This document shows positions 20,577-31,184 of a stretch of 64,000 nt of DNA, piece after piece. The stretch comes from an uncultured delta proteobacterium (GTDB lineage: Bacteria; Desulfobacterota; WTBG01; CAIYCZ01; CAIRTM01). A program made the translations under genes and the position numbers. Below the pieces are notes generated by a model. The model saw only the letters and a list, made by a program, of their open reading frames with translations. It was not told where the DNA came from and did no database searches. Where the stretch lies: NCBI GenBank assembly GCA_963804955.1, contig CAWDSQ010000026.1, forward strand, positions 128,001-192,000. The letters run 5' to 3'. The first letter of the stretch is position 1; each line of letters opens with the position of its first letter.

Positions 20577-20861
20577 TCACCTTTTATAAAATTTTGCTTC
20601 TCGTGCAGTAGCCTTACGCGCAGAGATGATTCTTACAACTGAATCATTTTCTTTGAAACAATGGCAGATGAGAAGCAGTCGTACATTCGCACTCAGCCCG
20701 AGCAGAAGAAATCTGTCTTCCCATTCCGAATGCCGGTCATCATAGAATTCCACAGCTTTTTCGTCAAAAAACACGGTTTCTGCTTCCTGAAAAGAAACTC
20801 CGTGTTTTTTGAGATTTTCTGCCGCTTTGTTTTTATCCCACTGAAACTGTATGTGCCCCAT
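20577..20861 (-). CDS. BrnT-family toxin
   Basis: FQWD..K...N..KHGVSF.EA, EDR, RIISARKAT..E. Confidence 0.92.
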   Translation of the reverse strand: MGHIQFQWDKNKAAENLKKHGVSFQEAETVFFDEKAVEFYDDRHSEWEDRFLLLGLSANVRLLLICHCFKENDSVVRIISARKATAREAKFYKR

Positions 20862-21196
20862 ATATTTACATTGTAGCTACAATGTATTTTATGTCAAATA
20901 TTTTTTTGTGATCTGAAGCGTTGCTAGCAAATCATACAAAGCTCCGAGAACCAATGCCCAAAGCGCAGCTTTCTCTCAGTGCCACAAAAAAATAATTGTT
21001 GCAGCAATCCTGATGACCATTTGTTAAACAATGGGTTCTTATGTCACGACCGGGCAGCAACGCAGTAAACACACTCCTGAGAGCACTACGTTAAATCTTT
21101 ACATGGCCTGCTTTTAGTGATAAACAAAATACTCTCAAACAATCAAACAAAGTATCGGAATATCTCAATATTTCAACTTGTTGCAGGAGTGGAGCC

Positions 21197-22468
21197 ATGA
21201 AGGTTCTGGTGGTAGGCGGCGGCGGGCGCGAGCATGCCCTTGTCTGGAAAATAGCGCAAAGCCCGAAGGTGACAAAAATTTACTGCGCGCCGGGCAATGC
21301 GGGCATAGCAGGCAGCGCAACCTGCGTCAATATCTCCGCAGACGACATCGATGGGCTGAAAAAGTTCGCCGTCGATAATGAAATCGGCCTCACCGTGGTA
21401 GGCCCCGAACTTCCCCTCACCCTGGGCATAGTCGACAGTTTTGAAAAAGACGGCCTGCGCATCTTCGGCCCCAATGCCGGGGCGGCACGTCTTGAGGGAA
21501 GCAAAAAATTCGCAAAAGAAATCATGCGGGAAGCAGGCATACCCACGGCAGACTTTGCCGTCTTTACCACTGCAGAAGCGGCAAAAAAATATATCAATGA
21601 AAAACAGCAGCCCCTGGTGGTGAAGGCCGACGGCCTTGCCGCAGGCAAGGGCGTATTTCCCTGCCGGAGTGCCGCGGAAGCCGCAGCAGCCGTTGACCGC
21701 ATCATTACGAACAAGGAATTCGGCGATGCAGGCACGGTGATCGTTATTGAGGAATTTCTCGAAGGCGAAGAGGCCTCATTTATCTGCTTTACCGACGGCA
21801 CAACCATCGTGCCGCTTCCATCATCGCAGGACCACAAGCGCATCTTCGACAATGATGCAGGGCCCAACACGGGCGGCATGGGCGCCTACTCGCCTGCTCC
21901 GGTAGTAACACCGCAGGTGCATGAGCGCACCATGGAAACGGTTATGAAGCCCCTTGTGGCGGCATTTGCTGCAAAGGGCATTCCCTTCAAAGGCATTGTC
22001 TATGCCGGGCTGATGATCAAAAACGGCATCCCCCGCGTGCTTGAATTCAACATGCGCATGGGCGATCCTGAAACCCAGCCCATTTTGTTCAGGCTCACCA
22101 GCGACCTGGTCGAGATCATGGAAGCCGCAATCGACGGCAGGCTCGCGCAGATCGATGTGCAGTGTGATCCCCGGCCCGCGGTCTGTGTGGTTATGGCGGC
22201 AGGCGGCTATCCTGATGCCTATGCAAAAGGTCATCCCATACGGGGTCTTGAGGATGCAGCCGGCGTGCCGGACACCTATGTATTTCATGCGGGAACCGCC
22301 CTCAAAGGCGGCGGCATTGTGACCAGCGGCGGCCGCGTGCTCGGCGTAACAGCCCGGGGAGCGACCATTCAGGATGCCGTTGCCGCAGCGTACCGCGCAG
22401 CTGAGCGCATCAGCTGGGACGGCGTCCAGTACCGGAAAGACATCGCACGGAAAGCGTTCGGCAGATGA
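21197..22468 (+). CDS. purD: Phosphoribosylamine-glycine ligase
   Basis: GGGGREHAL, VVGPE, KADGLAAGKGV, QDHKR, GPNTGGMGAY, GDPE. Confidence 0.98.
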   Translation: MKVLVVGGGGREHALVWKIAQSPKVTKIYCAPGNAGIAGSATCVNISADDIDGLKKFAVDNEIGLTVVGPELPLTLGIVDSFEKDGLRIFGPNAGAARLEGSKKFAKEIMREAGIPTADFAVFTTAEAAKKYINEKQQPLVVKADGLAAGKGVFPCRSAAEAAAAVDRIITNKEFGDAGTVIVIEEFLEGEEASFICFTDGTTIVPLPSSQDHKRIFDNDAGPNTGGMGAYSPAPVVTPQVHERTMETVMKPLVAAFAAKGIPFKGIVYAGLMIKNGIPRVLEFNMRMGDPETQPILFRLTSDLVEIMEAAIDGRLAQIDVQCDPRPAVCVVMAAGGYPDAYAKGHPIRGLEDAAGVPDTYVFHAGTALKGGGIVTSGGRVLGVTARGATIQDAVAAAYRAAERISWDGVQYRKDIARKAFGR

Positions 22469-23241
22469 AAACGCAATGGCTTGAACAGCGAAAAGATATT
22501 TTTGTCCGCAACCTCGTGCAGGATTATTTGACTGCAAAGAACTATTTTGACGGCGTGCGGGCGCAGTATAAAAAAGAGGGCTCCCTGCCCTACAGCATGC
22601 TTGATATTTGGGTCGGCACGGAAACAGACAAGGGCCCTCTGTGGAATCTCAAGGAGCAGAGCCACCGCCTCTACCGCAAAAACCGCTCGTCAATAAGCTT
22701 ATATGAAAATCTTTTCGACTGGGTAGTCGGATCAATTTTTCACGAATCCATGAAGCTCAAAGAAGACATATATCAGATAGAATCCTACAAGCCCCTGCTG
22801 GAGCTGGGCCTGAGCGACAATACGGCGCATCAGGAAATTGCCAAGATAATCCAGGAGTATTATGCCCTTATCGACCGGGCCAGCTGCAGCCTCAAGGAAG
22901 AAATTGAAAGCATTGATGAACTGTTCACCAAAGGGCTTCTGCATCTACGCGCCATGATCGTTGCCTATAAAAACAACGCCCTGCTGCTGCGTTTTTTGAT
23001 CGATAATAAAAAGTCAACAGAAGCCGTTTTCGGCCCGGGATCACTTCACCAGATACTGCAGGACATGTTCCCGGCAGGAACGCACGAAGCCTATATCCTC
23101 ATGTCCGAAAGCTGCATGCAGAACGGCTGGTACAACGAGGCTCAAAAATATCTTAAAACAGCCATGAAAACCGGGGCGGCACACAAAGGGCTCCAGGAAC
23201 ATTTGACGGCAAAACTCGGGCTCATTTCCGGAAAGGAGTAA
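22465..23241 (+). CDS. Hypothetical alpha-helical protein, coupled to purD
   Basis: 258-aa ORF with ATGA overlap on purD; lies between purD and purE. Confidence 0.75.
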   Translation: MKTQWLEQRKDIFVRNLVQDYLTAKNYFDGVRAQYKKEGSLPYSMLDIWVGTETDKGPLWNLKEQSHRLYRKNRSSISLYENLFDWVVGSIFHESMKLKEDIYQIESYKPLLELGLSDNTAHQEIAKIIQEYYALIDRASCSLKEEIESIDELFTKGLLHLRAMIVAYKNNALLLRFLIDNKKSTEAVFGPGSLHQILQDMFPAGTHEAYILMSESCMQNGWYNEAQKYLKTAMKTGAAHKGLQEHLTAKLGLISGKE

Positions 23242-23245
23242 GCAT

Positions 23246-23764
23246 ATGCAGACACCACTGGTTGGCGTCATCATGGGGAGCGACTCGGACCTGCCTCTCA
23301 TGCAGGAGGCGCTCAAAATACTTGACTCGTTTGCCATTGCCTATGAGGTGCACATAGCATCAGCCCACCGCACGCCGGCGCGCACGGCGCAATTCGCAAA
23401 AACCGCCCGGGACAGGGGCATTGAAGTCATCATTGCGGGAGCCGGCTGGGCAGCGCATCTTGCCGGCGTTATTGCCGCGGAGACAACTCTGCCGGTCATA
23501 GGCGTGCCCATCGACTCATCATCGCTCAACGGCCTTGACGCGCTGCTGTCCATGGTGCAGATGCCGGGTGGCATTCCGGTTGCCGCTATGACCATCGGCA
23601 AGGCCGGCGCTAAGAATGCCGCTCTGTTTGCAGCTCAGATACTGGCCCTGAAATATCCGGAACTCCAGCAGAAGCTGCTCGCGTATAAGCAGGCGATGGC
23701 CGCCGAGGTGGAAGCAAAGGATGAGGCCCTGCAGCAGAAGCTGAAAGCAAAACAGCTTTTTTAA
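23246..23764 (+). CDS. purE: N5-CAIR mutase
   Basis: [34 protein letters not shown]. Confidence 0.97.
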   Translation: MQTPLVGVIMGSDSDLPLMQEALKILDSFAIAYEVHIASAHRTPARTAQFAKTARDRGIEVIIAGAGWAAHLAGVIAAETTLPVIGVPIDSSSLNGLDALLSMVQMPGGIPVAAMTIGKAGAKNAALFAAQILALKYPELQQKLLAYKQAMAAEVEAKDEALQQKLKAKQLF

Positions 23765-23810
23765 TTGCGGCATGCCGGCTTCTCACATGGAGCAGACCGC
23801 AATCAAAAAA

Positions 23811-23960
23811 TTCAGGTTTGGAATTCAGAATTCAGGAGTCAGAAGCCAGTATAAAAAAACAGCGGTAAAATTTCAGGATATGATTACCCGGAAGATAAGT
23901 AAATCACTTAAAGCCTATTTGTCTTCTATTCCGAATTCTGACTACTGAATTCTGGCTTCT
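23811..23960. repeat. Heptamer repeats (AATTCAG/AGTCAGA) in two inverted arms
   Basis: gaattcagaattcaggagtcagaagccagt versus attctgactactgaattctggcttct. Confidence 0.75.
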
Positions 23961-24035
23961 TTTCTAAGGAACCATAACCCGACATAAAGACTACTAGAAA
24001 CACCTTCTGATATTGTTATAGAACCAAATTACTGT

Positions 24036-24797
24036 ATGCCCCGCATATTCACCATCAACCCCCTTGCGCCCGATGAGGCTGCGCTGCATGAAGCTGCAGC
24101 CAGTATCCGCTCTGGCGGCATAGCCGTCTACCCGACAGAAACGTTTTACGGGCTTGGCGTGCTGTTTAACAATGAGCAGGCCCTTGAACGGCTCTTTGCC
24201 GCCAAAGGCCGTCGCGAAACAAAGCCGGTGTTGCTGCTCATAGAAAACAGCCGGGCGCTGGACAGGCTGACACCCGAGATTATTCCGGAAGCACTCGCCC
24301 TGGCCGAACGCTGGTGGCCCGGCCCCCTGACCCTGCTCTTCAAAGCCCTGCCGCACCTGTCGCCGTATCTCACCGGGGATGAAGGCAAAATCGGCTGCCG
24401 CATTTCCAGCGGCCCTGTTGCACAGCGCCTGGTCGAGCTTGCAGGCGCGCCCATTACCTCCACAAGCGCCAACCTCACAGGCGGCCCGAGCGCTGCCCGT
24501 ATTGCAGATATACCCGGAGAGCTTCTTGACAGGGTCGATGTGATACTCGATGCGGGGGCAACTCCCGGCGGGCGCGCCTCAACCGTGCTGGATTCTTCTG
24601 CTCTGCCCTTCACCGTGGTGCGTGAAGGCGCACTGCCGGTGAGCCTCCTGTTACCCGTAGAAACATTGAGCATTACTGTACCGACACGGTATGCAGCACG
24701 AATGACATTGGTCGTTTCGGCTTCTCCGAAATCAATTTCAGCACACCAGAAGGGATTCTGTCAAGCCGGAATGACAAGATATGTGTCATACAGCTAA
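24036..24797 (+). CDS. tsaC: Threonylcarbamoyl-AMP synthase (Sua5/YrdC); C-terminus runs into a repeat
   Basis: YPTETFYGLG, KGR...KP, WPGPLT, TSTSAN, STV, REGA. Confidence 0.93.
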   Translation: MPRIFTINPLAPDEAALHEAAASIRSGGIAVYPTETFYGLGVLFNNEQALERLFAAKGRRETKPVLLLIENSRALDRLTPEIIPEALALAERWWPGPLTLLFKALPHLSPYLTGDEGKIGCRISSGPVAQRLVELAGAPITSTSANLTGGPSAARIADIPGELLDRVDVILDAGATPGGRASTVLDSSALPFTVVREGALPVSLLLPVETLSITVPTRYAARMTLVVSASPKSISAHQKGFCQAGMTRYVSYS

Positions 24798-24839
24798 CGC
24801 ACTGAGACTGTTTTCTGATTGTCGGTTACAAGATTTAGT
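24658..24839 (+). repeat. Dispersed element of about 185 bp, copy 1
   Basis: Shares gcacacca..ggattc..atgacaa..catacagcta.cgcact..actgttttctgatt..cggttacaagatttagt with 47919-48109. Confidence 0.8.
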
Positions 24840-24997
24840 TACATGTTCTAGCAACAACCCGCTCCGCGCTGGCGAGGTCTGCCGTTCGAGCAACGATTCC
24901 CAGTTTATGTTCTCCGACGAAAAGCCAGGATTGTAACGCCGGAAGTCCTGTATGGCACTGTTAAACTATCATGACCGATATGTCCTTATATAAAGCG

Positions 24998-25032
24998 AAA
25001 AAAAGCCCGGGATCATTGCTGATCCCGGGCTT
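24998..25032 (-). terminator. Intrinsic terminator of the acyl-CoA operon
   Basis: aagcccgggatca/tgatcccgggctt stem with T-run on the minus strand. Confidence 0.8.
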
Positions 25033-25113
25033 CCATGAGTGCCTGATGCCGTATCCGTAAGCAGAGTGAAACAGGAGGATGTTTTGGGGCAGTTGTTTTC
25101 TCTTACCTGCGAT

Positions 25114-26151
25114 TTAAGCCAGCAGAGCGTCGATATTCACATTGGTTTTCACCATGTTTTTCAGCAGTTCGACTTTGTCTGAGGCTTCCCGGGTCAGCAG
25201 CGGCTCCATGCGGTCGATCTGCCGGGCGACCTGAAACGTATCGGGCGTAACCAGCAGCATGGGCGTGCCGCTCTCTTCAGCCTTAGAAATAATGTTAGAA
25301 GGGGGAAGTATGTTATTTGTCAGGATAATGCCGGTGGCATTGTGATTGAGCGCGGCAAGAATCATGTCGCTTCGGTCGCCGCCCGTTATGATCAGCTTGT
25401 CCTCTTTTTTAAAAAGAGGCTTCTGCACGGCCACGTTGCCCGACATGGCGCCGATGAAGATGTTTTTCACCCTGCGCGACAGATTCGCCTCGGCGGTGAG
25501 CACCTTGGCAAAAAGCTTGTCGGCAAGATACCGCAGCGAAAAATACGTCAACTCACTCTGATACGGAAGGACACCCAGCACCTTCAGGCCGGTTTGCTTG
25601 ATTTCAGGCAGACAGGTTTCTTTAAAATCATCCACATTGTGGACCTTATTGACAATGATGCCGGCGACCTGAACGCCTTTCATGTCGACGCTGCGCTTGA
25701 CGAACATGATATCGTCGAGAATCGTGTCATCGTCGCCGCTGATGACGAACACAACCCTGCCGCCCAGATACTGCGCCAGCGACAGAGTATCGAGGTGCAC
25801 CGAGGTGCCATAGGAAATAGACTTTCCGGCCTCGACAATGAGGATATCTTTGCCGACGCCGATGGTTTCGGCAAGATCGACAACCTTTGTCCTGATGGTC
25901 TCGGCAGTATACATGAAGCGCAGCTTTGAGTGGTCAAAGCCGATGCTCATGTCGTCGGGGTGCTCCTTCATGGCATACAGGCTGGTCATGAGTGCCGCGT
26001 CATAGTCCCACAGGCGTTTTTTGCTGTACAGCAGCCGGTCGCCGAAGGGCTTCAGGTATCCTACTTTTTTCTGCAGCGCTTCGGTCAGGCCGACGATAAA
26101 ATTGGTCTTTCCCGTGCTGTTACGCAGTGATGCAACGATTAAAGTATTCAT
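25114..26151 (-). CDS. BioD-like plus DRTGG protein (phosphotransacetylase N-terminal region only)
   Basis: STGKT, GYLKP, IVEAG, IVNKV, IGAM, ITGGDRSD; no PTA catalytic domain. Confidence 0.85.
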   Translation of the reverse strand: MNTLIVASLRNSTGKTNFIVGLTEALQKKVGYLKPFGDRLLYSKKRLWDYDAALMTSLYAMKEHPDDMSIGFDHSKLRFMYTAETIRTKVVDLAETIGVGKDILIVEAGKSISYGTSVHLDTLSLAQYLGGRVVFVISGDDDTILDDIMFVKRSVDMKGVQVAGIIVNKVHNVDDFKETCLPEIKQTGLKVLGVLPYQSELTYFSLRYLADKLFAKVLTAEANLSRRVKNIFIGAMSGNVAVQKPLFKKEDKLIITGGDRSDMILAALNHNATGIILTNNILPPSNIISKAEESGTPMLLVTPDTFQVARQIDRMEPLLTREASDKVELLKNMVKTNVNIDALLA

Positions 26152-26263
26152 GCATTTCTCCTCTCATCATATGAAGCATGATCCCCATGCTCTGGCGACC
26201 AGGTGCTCGTGCTTTGCTTGTACACTGGAACATGCCTGTTTTCAACAGGGCCGTTATTGCCGG

Positions 26264-28378
26264 TTATTTTTCCGCGTCCTTAGCAAGCAGAATGCGGACG
26301 TCGAGGGCCTTTGCCCCGTCTCCCTGCTCGTACACCGTCAGGGGGTTAATTTCGATATCGGAGATTATCGGGCATTTGCTGATCAGCGCACCAAGTTTTA
26401 TAATGATACTCACCACACTGTCTATATCTTTTTGAGCCTCGCCGCGCGCGCCCAGAAGCAGCGGATAGGAGCGGGTTTCCTTGATCATGTCCATGATTTC
26501 GCGACGGCTGAGGGGCAGGGCCCGGAATGCCACATCCTTCATGACCTCAACATAGACGCCGCCCAGACCGAACATGATGATGGGGCCGTAGGTCGTGTCG
26601 CGCCGCGCGCCGATGATGGTCTCTACGTCTTTTGTCAGCATTTCGGCGATTTCGACGCCCTCAATATGCGCATCGGATTTATAGGCGCGGCAGCTCTGCA
26701 TGATTGCCTGATAGGCGTCGATAATTTCGTCGCGGTCATCAAGGTTCAGCGCTACGCCGCCGGCATCGCTCTTGTGAATGATGTCCTTGGAAACGACTTT
26801 CATAACCACCGGATAGCCGCACTTGTCAGCACAGTTTATGGCCTCGTCGAGATTGCGGGCAACAAAACTTTTCGGGACAGGTATCCCGACAAGGTCCATA
26901 ATCTGCCGGGCTTCATGGGCAAGGAGAAAGTACCGGTCCTGCTTGATGGCGTTTGTACAGATGTCGGTAATCGCGGCAGCAGGAACTTGAGCATCCTCAT
27001 ACAGTTCGGAATGATAGCGCAGATAGCGGTTATACCAGTAGAGCTTTCCAAGACAGGCTACAGCCTCATATACGTCACCATACACCGGCACATTCTTCCT
27101 CCCCAGTTTGACAATGGCATTTTCTATATCTTCGCCGCCCACGATGGCAAACAGCAGCGGCTTTTTCTTCTGGAGATACTTCAGGTGGTTTTCCTCGATC
27201 ACCTTCTCAAGATCGGCGGCCAGGAAGGTCGAGGTCTCGCAGTACAGGGCCATGCTGGCGCCGATTTCTTTTGCGTCGAGGGCCACGCTCAGGGCCGAGT
27301 TGTACTCAGCGCTTGCCGCGCCGCCCGTAATGTCGATGGGGTTTTTCGTGGAGCCGAAGCTCGGGGTCACGGGATCGAACATGGCCTTCAGCTTTTTGCC
27401 GTCGTCATACAGCTCGATCTGGTACTTTTCACAGGCATCGGTAGCCATAACGCCGATGCCGCCGCCATTGGTGATGATCACGGCCTGGTCGCCTGTGGGG
27501 GGCGGAGAGTTGCCGAGATATTTGCTCCAGTTGAAAGCCTCTTTAATATTTTCGGCGCGGATGACGCCGTTCTGCTTAAGTATTGCTTCGATGATTTCAT
27601 CGGAGCCGGCAAGCGAGCCTGTATGCGAGGCCGCTGCCGCGGCGCCGCGCTCTGAGCGGCCTGACTTGATGACCACCACGGGCTTTTTGCGCGTGGCTTT
27701 TTTTACTGCGTCAATGAAACGGGGTCCGTCCTTGATGCCCTCTATGTACATGAGGATGACCTTGGTGCGCTCCTGCTCGGACAGATAGGACAGCAGATCA
27801 GCCTCGTCAACATCGCACTTATTGCCGATGGACACAATCGAGGAAAGCCCGATGTTTTCTACCTTGGTTTTGCCGATCATGGCAAGGCCAAGGGCGCCCG
27901 ACTGGGTGATGATGGCAACCGATCCCGGCAGAATATTGCCCGGCCCGAATGTCGCGTCCATATGCGACTCGGCCGAGTAGACGCCGAACACATTGGGCCC
28001 AACCACGCGCATGCCGCGGCTTAAGGAGTATTCCGCAATTTTACGCTCGGTTTCGCTGTCGCCGATTTCGGAGAATCCCGAGGTGATAATGACATTATAT
28101 TTGACGCCGCGGTCGGCGCAGCTTTTCACCGAATCGTAGACGAACTTCGAGGGTATCGTTGTGCATACCATGTCCACTGTGCCGTCTATGGCATTGATGT
28201 CCGGGTATGCCTGCAAACCAAGCACATCGCCGCCGGCCGGGTTTATCGGGTAGACCTTGCCCTTGTAGCCGCTGGCGAGAATATTTTTCACCACGGTATG
28301 GCCGATTTTCTTAGGGTCCTTTGAAGCGCCGACGACTGCAATACTGCGCGGCTCAAACAGCAACTTGATATCGTTCAT
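26264..28378 (-). CDS. ADP-forming acetate/acyl-CoA ligase (fused alpha-beta)
   Basis: PRSIAVVGAS, GFSE, GPN, QSG, SIGN, ASHTGSLAG (phospho-His), NPID, HKSDAGGV, EINP. Confidence 0.92.
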   Translation of the reverse strand: MNDIKLLFEPRSIAVVGASKDPKKIGHTVVKNILASGYKGKVYPINPAGGDVLGLQAYPDINAIDGTVDMVCTTIPSKFVYDSVKSCADRGVKYNVIITSGFSEIGDSETERKIAEYSLSRGMRVVGPNVFGVYSAESHMDATFGPGNILPGSVAIITQSGALGLAMIGKTKVENIGLSSIVSIGNKCDVDEADLLSYLSEQERTKVILMYIEGIKDGPRFIDAVKKATRKKPVVVIKSGRSERGAAAAASHTGSLAGSDEIIEAILKQNGVIRAENIKEAFNWSKYLGNSPPPTGDQAVIITNGGGIGVMATDACEKYQIELYDDGKKLKAMFDPVTPSFGSTKNPIDITGGAASAEYNSALSVALDAKEIGASMALYCETSTFLAADLEKVIEENHLKYLQKKKPLLFAIVGGEDIENAIVKLGRKNVPVYGDVYEAVACLGKLYWYNRYLRYHSELYEDAQVPAAAITDICTNAIKQDRYFLLAHEARQIMDLVGIPVPKSFVARNLDEAINCADKCGYPVVMKVVSKDIIHKSDAGGVALNLDDRDEIIDAYQAIMQSCRAYKSDAHIEGVEIAEMLTKDVETIIGARRDTTYGPIIMFGLGGVYVEVMKDVAFRALPLSRREIMDMIKETRSYPLLLGARGEAQKDIDSVVSIIIKLGALISKCPIISDIEINPLTVYEQGDGAKALDVRILLAKDAEK

Positions 28379-28391
28379 AAGCCATCTCCCA

Positions 28392-30290
28392 TCACATGTC
28401 CTTGAATACCAGTTTCAGTTCATATACGCCTTCACTTCTGCGTTTTTCTATGTCAAATCCGCCATTTTCAAACAGCCGCATCATGGGCTTATTCTCCACG
28501 AGAACCTCAGCGGTGAAACCGAGCAGGCCCTGGCGCTTTGCAAGATAGGTGACATAGGCCAGCAGCTCCGTGCCGATGCCCTTGGCCTGATACTGGTCGC
28601 GCACCACGACGGCGACTTCCGCCGTATGGGAGTTTGGATCAATACCATACTGGGCAATGCCAACGATCTCTTCGGATTCGGCTTCCCCGACAACCGCAAG
28701 AATAATCAATTCCTGGGTATAGTCGATAACGACAAAATCCTGAAGCCGCTCATGGGGCATATCCTGCCGCTTGGAAATAAACCGGCGGTACAGGCTGCGG
28801 TCGGAAAGCGAGTAGTAAAAATCCTTCACCATGGGCTCATCGCTTATTTTGACCGGGCGTAAAAGCACGGTAAATCCCGAGGGCGTGGTCCGCCAGGTTT
28901 CCAGGCTCTCGGGATATTCACCGCGCTTGCCGGGTATAAACGCCTGATCCTTGTAAATAAGGCCCAGGCGCTTTGCCTCTTCAATAAGCCACGGCCTGAA
29001 CTTGGGGTGCGCGATGCCGATAAGGTCCATGGCGCGCTCCCGGATATTCTTGCCGTGGAGATAGGCGATGCCGTATTCGGTTATGACATAGTGAACGTCG
29101 CCGCGTGTCAGCGACGTTCCGGACCCCTCCTCAAGAAGCGGCACTATGCGGGAATGCAGACCATCGTTGGATGTGGAGCGAAGAGTGAGGATGGTTTTAC
29201 CGTTGGGGGAGAGAGCTGTACCGCGCATAAAGTCTGCATGCCCGCCTATGCCGCTGTAAAAATATTTTCCTATTGCTTCGGAGGAGGACTGCCCGGTCAA
29301 ATCTATCTGCAGGGCCGAGTTGATGGCCACCATGTTGTCGAAGGTCGCAATCGTGAGCGGGTTATTGGTCACGTCGATCGTTCTGAATTCGATCTCGGGA
29401 TTGTCATGAATATAGTCATAGGTCTCTTTTGTGCCCATGCAGAATGAAGCAACGGTCTTGCCCTTGCCGAACTTCTTCTGCGAATTGTCGACGACGCCCG
29501 CCTTCATGAGCTCGACGATGCCGTCGGAAATAAGCTCGGTGTGAACGCCAAGATGCTTCTTGCCGCTCAGGCTTGCAATAATCGCATTGGGCATGGCGCC
29601 GTAGCCGACCTGTATGGTGTCGCCGTCCTGGACGATGCGCGAGACATACTCTCCTATTTTTTGGGCAATATCATCAGAAACGCTTGGCTTGAACTCAAGC
29701 AGCGGCTCGTCATACGGCACGATGTAGTCGATGTCGGATACGTGGATAAAGGTATCCCCATGCGTCCGGGGCATGAATGAATTTGACTGGGCAATGACCA
29801 GAGATGCCCGCTCGACAGCCGCCTTGACGATATCAACGCTGATACCCAGGCTCACATAACCATGCTTGTCGGGAAGGGATGTCTGGATGAGGGCGATATC
29901 AAACTTTACAATGCCGCTTGCTATCAGTGCCGGAACCTCGGAAAAGAATACAGGGGTATAATCGGCAAGCCCTTTGTTGACGGCATCGCGGGAATTATTT
30001 CCGACGAAAAAAGAATTGAGCCTGAAATTGCGCTTGAATTTTTCATGGGCATAGGGCGCAACGCCCATGGTCCAGACATGAAAGACCTCGGTGTCGAAAA
30101 AAGCCTTGGGATTTTTGTCGACATAATCGGAAAGCGCCTGCACCAGGTACTGCGGCTCGCCGCAGGCCGTTCCGATAAATATCCGGTGGCCCCGGTGAAT
30201 ATGCTTAAAAATGTCATTGAGAGAAGCGAACTTGTCGGTATATGACTTCTTCAGCTCATCAAAGTATGGTCGTTTGTTTTCAGAAAACAT
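28392..30290 (-). CDS. Acetyl-CoA hydrolase/transferase fused to a C-terminal GNAT domain
   Basis: ACGEP, QVGYGAMP, LGVHTE, SGIGGHADF, ITEYG; then LRP..DE, RRF, AEVAVVV.DQYQAKGIGT. Confidence 0.9.
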   Translation of the reverse strand: MFSENKRPYFDELKKSYTDKFASLNDIFKHIHRGHRIFIGTACGEPQYLVQALSDYVDKNPKAFFDTEVFHVWTMGVAPYAHEKFKRNFRLNSFFVGNNSRDAVNKGLADYTPVFFSEVPALIASGIVKFDIALIQTSLPDKHGYVSLGISVDIVKAAVERASLVIAQSNSFMPRTHGDTFIHVSDIDYIVPYDEPLLEFKPSVSDDIAQKIGEYVSRIVQDGDTIQVGYGAMPNAIIASLSGKKHLGVHTELISDGIVELMKAGVVDNSQKKFGKGKTVASFCMGTKETYDYIHDNPEIEFRTIDVTNNPLTIATFDNMVAINSALQIDLTGQSSSEAIGKYFYSGIGGHADFMRGTALSPNGKTILTLRSTSNDGLHSRIVPLLEEGSGTSLTRGDVHYVITEYGIAYLHGKNIRERAMDLIGIAHPKFRPWLIEEAKRLGLIYKDQAFIPGKRGEYPESLETWRTTPSGFTVLLRPVKISDEPMVKDFYYSLSDRSLYRRFISKRQDMPHERLQDFVVIDYTQELIILAVVGEAESEEIVGIAQYGIDPNSHTAEVAVVVRDQYQAKGIGTELLAYVTYLAKRQGLLGFTAEVLVENKPMMRLFENGGFDIEKRRSEGVYELKLVFKDM

Positions 30291-30328
30291 AATGACCTCG
30301 TCTGTAAAAACGCTCAGCATTTTTTCCG

Positions 30329-30757
30329 TCAGTCCGCACTGCTGGTGTGCGCAGGGGCATGTACTTCAAGCAGCCTCTGCAGGGACTCTTCAATATCTTT
30401 CGTAGTAAAAGGCTTTTCAATGAAATCATCGATGCCGATGCCCCCGGCCCGTATCGCCACCTCGTCGTTTGCATATGCTGTAATGAAAATCCGCAGCGCT
30501 TCGGGCTGCAGCTCGTACAGCCGGAAAAAAAAATCAAGGCCGTTCATGCGGGGCAGCTTGTAGTCGCAGATAATAACGTCAAAGGTTTCGTTTTTTAAGA
30601 GCTCAAGCGCTTCCTCTGCGCTTTCCAGCGTTACAAAAGCCAGCGTTTTCTTTTTAAAATAATACTCCAGAGAACTGCGGATATACTGGTCATCGTCAAT
30701 CAGAAGAATTTTGGTATTTTTCAAAAGCTCGCTGAATTCCGGGTTCTGTGCTTCCAT
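30329..30757 (-). CDS. Single-domain response regulator
   Basis: LLIDDD, IICDYKLP, ITA, EKP. Confidence 0.9.
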   Translation of the reverse strand: MEAQNPEFSELLKNTKILLIDDDQYIRSSLEYYFKKKTLAFVTLESAEEALELLKNETFDVIICDYKLPRMNGLDFFFRLYELQPEALRIFITAYANDEVAIRAGGIGIDDFIEKPFTTKDIEESLQRLLEVHAPAHTSSAD

Positions 30758-30806
30758 ATGCCTCGTGCCCCCATATCGCGTTTATTACTCTTGCACTTAT
30801 TACTGT

Positions 30807-30822
30807 AGCATAAAAGATGCCA
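30807..30822 (-). promoter_or_regulatory. Sigma-54 -24/-12 promoter
   Basis: Minus strand TGGCATCTTTTATGCT, correct GG-N10-GC spacing, 50 bp upstream of the operon. Confidence 0.7.
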
Positions 30823-30984
30823 TCTTTATGATTAATCAATCCTGTTGAAAATCAGGGGCTTGGAAGTTCCGGCTCACGGTCAACGCCGCAAAACTCTTTC
30901 AAGGTGGCCAAATAGCAAAAAACGGCTGGCTGAATAACCATGCCGGTGCAGGGTAAAAGATTCAACAGGCAAGGCTGCAGGGCA

Positions 30985-31113
30985 GTAGGGTGCGCCGTGC
31001 GCACCATTGTCGGTTCTGGCGCGGGTTGTGGTGTTGATATGCCAACAGGGCGTAAAATCTGGCGGTTGATGTGATTTTGCAATTTGATTATCAGTGCGCA
31101 CCGCGCACCCTGC
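30985..31113. repeat. REP-like inverted pair
   Basis: gtagggtgcgccgtgcgcacc ... gtgcgcaccgcgcaccctgc. Confidence 0.65.
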
Positions 31114-31184
31114 CAACTGTGCGAAACAACACTTTATATATCGGAGCACCTACGGCATTTAATAGAGCAGGAAAAGAAAGTTGG

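Noticed and set aside
17053..20861. Integron cassette array
   Set aside because: Isolated GTTAGGC/GCCTAAC motifs (near 18978 and 20218) but no paired attC structure, mixed gene orientation and no intI
26021..27655. 544-aa plus-strand ORF
   Set aside because: Antisense shadow of the acyl-CoA ligase gene
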